From assembly GCA_030141605.1 (NCBI GenBank), contig JAQGDQ010001261.1, positions 1 to 51,380 of the forward strand: 51,380 nt of DNA. The letters are read 5' to 3'. Positions 45,676 through 51,380 of this stretch are shown here, one piece after another (positions within the stretch are counted from its first letter, which is position 1; each line of letters starts with the position of its first letter). Position numbers and translations under genes: made by a program. Below the pieces are notes generated by a model. The model did no database searches, was not told the DNA's origin, and was given only the letters and a program-made list of their open reading frames with translations. This DNA is from Tubiluchus corallicola. Taxonomy: Eukaryota > Animalia > Priapulida.

Positions 45676-48600
45676 GTGCTCAGTGAATTGAATCAGGCTG
45701 CTGGTCTTTATGCTGTCGGAGAAGATTGCATTTTGGGCTTAGACTGGCTTCGAGAAAATGAAGCCATAGTAGACACTGGCCTAAAACGCCTTATTCTTCC
45801 GGAGGGCCGGTTTGTTGAGCTCGTACTGCTACCTGGAGGTTGTACAGACGTGATAAACATTCGTCGTGTGACTATACCCGCGTTTTCGGAAGCCGTTATC
45901 GAAACTCAACCTGTTTTACCGTTACCGCACACATTAGGTATGGTTAGCCTTGGCAGCAAACCATTTCGGTCAGACGGTCTTTTAACTGGACGGATAACTT
46001 CGCCAGCTGGTGCTACTACAATTCGTGCCATAGTAGCAAACATAACCAACTATCCTGTTACACTCTCGGAAAAAGAACCTGTTGGTCAATGGGAAAGCGT
46101 TAATGAAATTGTTTGTCCTATTAAACTTTCTACAATGAAATGTTTTCAGTCTAAACCTAAAAATGCAAGCAAAAGAGCGCTTTCTGAACCGGTGCAAAAA
46201 CTTTTAAATGCTAGTAAAACTGCACTATCCAGTACGCAGTACAAGCAGTTGAAAAGCCTGTTAATCAAGTATAACGATTTATTTTCCTCTGGACCCTATG
46301 ACATTGGTCGTACAAATATTGTTCAACATCGCATTAATACAGGTACTCACCACCCTATTAAGACTCAAGCAAGGCGTCTTGGCCAGGCCCAACGCGAGGA
46401 ATTAAATGCAGCAATGGATGAAATGCAGAGACAGGGAGTAATTGAACCGTCTTGCAGCCCCTGGTCTTCTGCGGTGGTCCTTGTACGAAAAAAAGATGGA
46501 GGAACGCGCTGCTGTATGACTACAGGGCTCTCAATTCGGTTACAATCAAAGACAGCTATCCCCTGCCTCGCATTGATGATTCAATCGATGCTCTTTCCGG
46601 TGCTAAGTGGTTCTCCACTTTAGATTTAAAATCGGGGTACCACCAGGTAGAAATGGCACCGGAAGACAAAGAAAAGACCGCATTTGTAACACACAGAGGG
46701 TTGTGGCAGTTTAAAACTGTTCCTTTTGGTCTAGTTAATGCGCCTGCTACTTTTGAACGCTTAATGGAGCAGATTTTAACTGGCTTGCACTGGCAAACGG
46801 TGCTAATTTATTTAGATGACGTCATCGTTTTCGGGCGCACCTATGAGGAACACCTTGCTCGGTTGCAAGAAGTTTTTGAACGTTTTATGACGGCAGGCCT
46901 AAAACTCAATGCTAAAAAGTGTTTGCTAACGCAAAGAGAAGTCACGTATCTAGGACATGTTGTTAGCCATACCGGTGTACGTACCGATCCGGCAAAAATA
47001 GAAGCCGTTGTGAACTGGCCTGAACCTAATAACGTATCTGATCTTAGAAGCTTTTTAGGCCTGTGCACATACTACCGGCGTTTCATAAAAAACTTCGCGG
47101 ATATAGCTGCACCTCTGCATTTACTAACTCGCAAGCAGCAACCTTACGTTTGGCAGGCTAGCCAACAGAACGCTTTTAATTGTTTGAAAACTTTGCTTAC
47201 AAATGCGCCAGTTCTGGCCTACCCACAATTTGACACTGAATTTGTACTCGACACTGACGCGAGTAGTATAGCGATCGGCGGTGTTCTCTCACAAATTCAG
47301 GGCGGCCAAGAGCGCATGATAGCGTATTACAGCCAAATTTTATCTCCTGCAGAACGAAATTATTACGCTACACGCCGCGAACTTCTTGCAGTGGTTAAAG
47401 TTGTGAATCACTTTCACCACTATCTTTACGGACGGCAGTTTGTTATACGCACTGACCATGCTGCTCTTCGCTGGCTGATAACTTTGCGTAAACCAGAGGG
47501 TCAGTTAGCTCGCTGGCTTTGCAAATTAGACCAGTATGATTACACAATAGAACATCGTGCAGGCAAAAGCCACGGAAATGCGGACGCGCTTTCTCGTCGG
47601 CCCTGCGAAGCCAGTTGCAAACATTGCAGCAAACGAGAACCGAGTAACGTAATGCAACAAAATGCGAAAATTGATAAAATCGGCACAACATTAAGAGATG
47701 TAAATCTTGATTTTGCTGAAGGGCAGACCAAAGACAAAGACATAGCCCCAATATTGGGATTTTTGCAAACTTCAGCCCAAAAACCTGCATGGGAGCAAGT
47801 TTCTGCCCTAAGCCCTGAATCAAAAGCTATTTGGCACCAATGGGACGCGCTCAAAGTAGAAAACGGGGTAATGCAGCGTAAATGGGAATCTCCAGACGGG
47901 ACTGTAGTCCGTTACCAATGGCTAGTTCCTAGAGCCTTTCGTGAAAGTCTACTTACAGGGTTTCATAATAATCCTACTGCTGGTCACTTCGGCCAGAACA
48001 AAACTTTTGCCAGGCTGCGTGAGCGGTACTTCTGGCCAGGCATGCGGAAGGATATCCAGTTATGGATACGGTCATGTCATGAATGTTGTCGGAAAAAGGG
48101 GCCCCAGCGCAAACCAAGAGCACCTTTGCAACAGTACAGGGTAGGAGCTCCTATGGAGCGCATAGCAATAGATGTAGCTGGACCTTTCCCTAAATCAGAC
48201 TCGGGAAATAAGTATGTCCTGATCGCTGTAGATTATTTTACCAAATGGCCTGAAGGGTACGCCCTTCCTAACCAAGAAGCAGAAACTGTAGCCAAAGCCT
48301 TGGTAAATGAATTCTTTTGTCGGTTTGGTCTGCCTGGTGAAATTCATAGCGATCAGGGTAGAAACTTCGAGTCTCGCATTTTTCAGCAATGTTGCGAATT
48401 TTTAGACATTGTCAAGACGCGTACTACACCTTTAAGGCCTCAATCAAATGGCCTCGCAGAAAGGTACATTAAAACTATTTCCCGTCAATTGGCACAATTC
48501 GCAAGTTTACACCAGCGCGACTGGGATGTGAAAATGCCCTTATTTCTTTTAAGTTATCGATCAGCAGAACATGATGCTACAGGGTTTACTCCAGCCAAAG

Positions 48601-49906
48601 CCATGATGGGTCGGGAATGGCTCTCGACTTGCTAACGGGCCGACCTCCTGAATCTATCCGTCATAATGTAGTTGACCATGTGAAGTACTTAGAAGATAGT
48701 CTACATGATGTCCACCATTTTATTCGAAATAATTTGCGCTTCTCAGGCGAAACAATGCGTCGAAGGTACGACGTTAAAGCTAAACGTTCTCGTTTTAAAG
48801 AACATGATTTGGTATGGTTCTTCAACCCCCAACGTAAGGTTGGGCGTTCACCCAAACTGCAAATGGATTGGGATGGACCTTATACTGTAGTCAAACGATT
48901 ATCAGATGTGGTATACCGTATCAAACTTCCAGGCGCCAGAAATTGTAAAGTTGTGCATGCCGATAGGCTCTGGAAATACGCGCCACCCGCGGGCTTCTCT
49001 TGGAATGCACAAGACAATGCAACGCAAAATAATTCCACTCAAGCTAACGTAGACGCGCAAGCAACAATTATCTACGATGCTTCGGAAATCAGCACCGAAT
49101 CCAGTCAGGCTAATGAGTCTCTATCTCTTGGGTTACCTCCACCACCACCATACTCGCCAGAACAAGCTTCGGTCGGTAATAAAGAAGTTGATACTGCTTC
49201 GAGTTTTCCTGCCTTGATGCCCAGTACTTCCAGCCCTTCTTTTCCAGCCCTCTCGCCACAGCTTGACTCTCCCAGTCTCTTCAACCCTAGCGATCTTTCA
49301 CTGCCCAACCTCTCTCCAGTCCACCCACGTACTTCCACTCCGAATAAACAACTTAGCTCTATCCCAGTTACTGTAGATGGAAATGGAACTAATGATTCCA
49401 GAGAAGAAGTAAACTCATTGTCGGAAGAGATGGACGTGAGTCCACAAAAGTTGAAATCGACTTTGAGCAACGATGAAAGTAGTGAGACAATAATCTACGA
49501 CCAGTTGGATTTTGGGATAGAAAATGAAGAAAATCAGTCATTAACCCAGGTTACTGCCTCTCTTTCTCCTAACCCTGAGCGTGACGTTTTACCTTCCTCA
49601 CTTATTATTCCGGATCAAGATGACCTAATTCTAACACCACCTTGTATTACCCCTACGACATTTTATGGTATATCCTTGGAAGATCGCGAGCCTCCCTCAC
49701 CGCCTCTTCACACCTATCCGCATCGTAATCGCCTCCCTACCACGTTTTATGGAGATTACATTTTTACCGACCCAACTGCAACTCGAACTCGAGCACAGGA
49801 CTCAACCATACGCTCTTTACGAGGCCTACTACCTGCCAGCGTACACTGGGATGTAGATGCCAATAACGTTCTTTGCAGTGTGCGAACCCGGAAGCCAGCT
49901 GACTAA
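45676..49906 (+). pseudogene. pol: pol (partial protease, RT, RNase H, integrase with GPY/F motif and a long Ser/Pro-rich tail); frameshifts at ~46516 and ~48620
   Basis: ILGLDWL; SPWSS.VVLVRKKDG; DYRALN; LDLKSGY; PFGL.NAPATF; YLDD; TDAS, RELLA, TDH and ADALSR; HHCC; D-D-E core (DVAGP, SDQG, AER); WDGPY. Confidence 0.93.
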
Positions 49907-50862
49907 GTAGCACGAGGAGCAAAAGCATTAGACTGACAAGCCACTCTTGCGTAGTTATCAAGTAGTTGTCTTTCTCAGCAGCAACAACGTAGCAGTCTGT
50001 AAGACCAAAATGAAGCCCAGTACGTAAAGTAACACAACGAGAATACCACCTGATCCGATGTTCCAGTTGATTTCGCTAAACAGTCAAGATAAATTTTTGT
50101 TTGCATTAATTAGTAGTTAAAGCCAACCCTTGGATTGTTAAGTTTTTTTTTGCATTCTCCTGTGATGTAGCTAGAACGATTTTTTTTTACATTACTAAAG
50201 CCATTGAGAGATTTGTAACAGCACAAGCCCCGTGGTAAACCTTTTTTCTTTATAGCCGAGGAGACGTCAGAGATCCCGAAGCACTCGGCAGGCTCCTGTA
50301 ATCTCGTCAAAAGAGAGGTTAAAGTAGTCTGAATGATGATGATGGTGATAATTATGCCAGGAGTCTGCTCAGCGCCTCGTTTTAAGCATCGTTTCTTTAT
50401 TTTTTTTGTTAGACAACCATATAGAAGCGCATAATTTTATTGTAAAAATTTGAAGGAGTTATGATAATGATAAGTCGTATTTTTCTATGTGAAACGTGAT
50501 GCTTTAGGAAATTTATAAATTTGTTAGACGACGGTTACTTTGTTCAGTTTGTATCGTATAAGTGATTCCTAATGAAAATTTAGATTAACTCTCAAACAGA
50601 CAGCGTAAAACAGTTTACCTTTTGTTTGTTATATCGGAAATTACCTAATCGCTGTACCAAATAGGTTATCACTTGTGTAGCAATTGCGTATTGCCTTAAA
50701 ATAATGTCAACAAGAATGGAAATATATCGTGCTCATCTTTCATTATTGTAACTTAAAGAAACCTTTGCTTAAGGAATTTTTGTTGCCTTGTGCTAGGTGG
50801 CAGCACATGCCTGGTCACTGCCTAACTCCTAGTTCTGGAACTGTTTGAGGACAAACGGAACT

Positions 50863-50875
50863 GGGGAGGAGGCAA
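50863..50875 (+). promoter_or_regulatory. Polypurine tract
   Basis: GGGGAGGAGGCAA immediately before the 3' LTR. Confidence 0.85.
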
Positions 50876-51380
50876 TGTTACGGAGGCACCTGTGTCGAGT
50901 CAGGTGTAGGGCCCTCTACACGCCCTGCTTCCACGTCAGCAGCGACTCACCCCTTTCTTGTAGGTCCAGGCGTCTCGTTTGGGCCTACACGTGGTGTGAG
51001 AAGCCAGCTGACCTGGAATGCCAGTATAAAAGCGCGTAGAGGTCACTACAGCCTGGATTTCTGACACAGGTGCTCCTCGGGTGTAGTGCTGTTACTAGTG
51101 TAGAGTTAGTTAGTTATTTTTGTGCACATGTATTTTTTGGTTCCTTATTTTTAATAAACTCCGTACTGTGTAGTTTTTGTGTATTTTGTTTTATGAGAGT
51201 TGGATGACACGCTATAACAGGTGTAAGGTAATAATTTGTAGACATTAATTTAGCTAATTAACATTAACATTTGTAATTAATTATTGGTTGCACAACGATT
51301 ATAAATGGATCTTCATGATGCGAAATATCAGGACCGCCATGCCATCTTGGAGTTCGACCCCCTGGGTCGAATTCAGTCCA
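50876..51380 (+). repeat. 3' LTR (505 bp), ending at the last base of the window
   Basis: TGTTACG...AGTCCA; matches the 5' LTR. Confidence 0.95.

Larger units (their letters stand above)
43434..51380 (+). mobile_element. Ty3/Gypsy LTR retrotransposon, full length but defective
   Basis: Two near-identical LTRs, PBS, PPT, gag and pol in PR-RT-RH-INT order. Confidence 0.97.

Noticed and set aside
45769-45780. VDTG as the protease active site
   Set aside because: It lies after the ILG.D motif, whereas the catalytic Asp must precede it.
48990-49906. env gene or chromodomain
   Set aside because: In frame with integrase; no signal peptide, TM segment or chromodomain aromatic pattern.

Overview
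AT-rich, intron-rich animal (invertebrate-type) genomic DNA. Host genes: (1) the 3' six coding exons of a coiled-coil CFAP157-like gene (+, 1180-11073); (2) a five-exon gene for a ~439-aa protein with signal peptide, a bacterial-type PstS phosphate-binding domain with the phosphate ligands intact, one TM helix and a short basic tail (+, 14493-21882), the most striking feature here; (3) two divergently oriented C2H2 zinc-finger genes, each with its finger array in one large exon (-, 24052-27033; +, 35543-37441); (4) three exons of a NAT16/histidine-N-acetyltransferase-like GNAT gene whose 5' exon was not found (-, 38666-42916). The right end is a complete but decayed Ty3/Gypsy element (43434-51380; tRNA-Leu PBS, frameshifts, protease active site apparently deleted). 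Its LTR carries an ATG-initiated reading frame that is conserved codon-for-codon in a diverged, SINE-interrupted solo LTR about 1-2 kb upstream. Introns and intergenic DNA hold many MITEs (hAT-, pogo-, MULE/Merlin- and Kolobok-like), a second solo LTR, a LINE relic, minisatellites and microsatellites. Exon models and alignments were made by eye; family names come from remembered motifs, not database searches.
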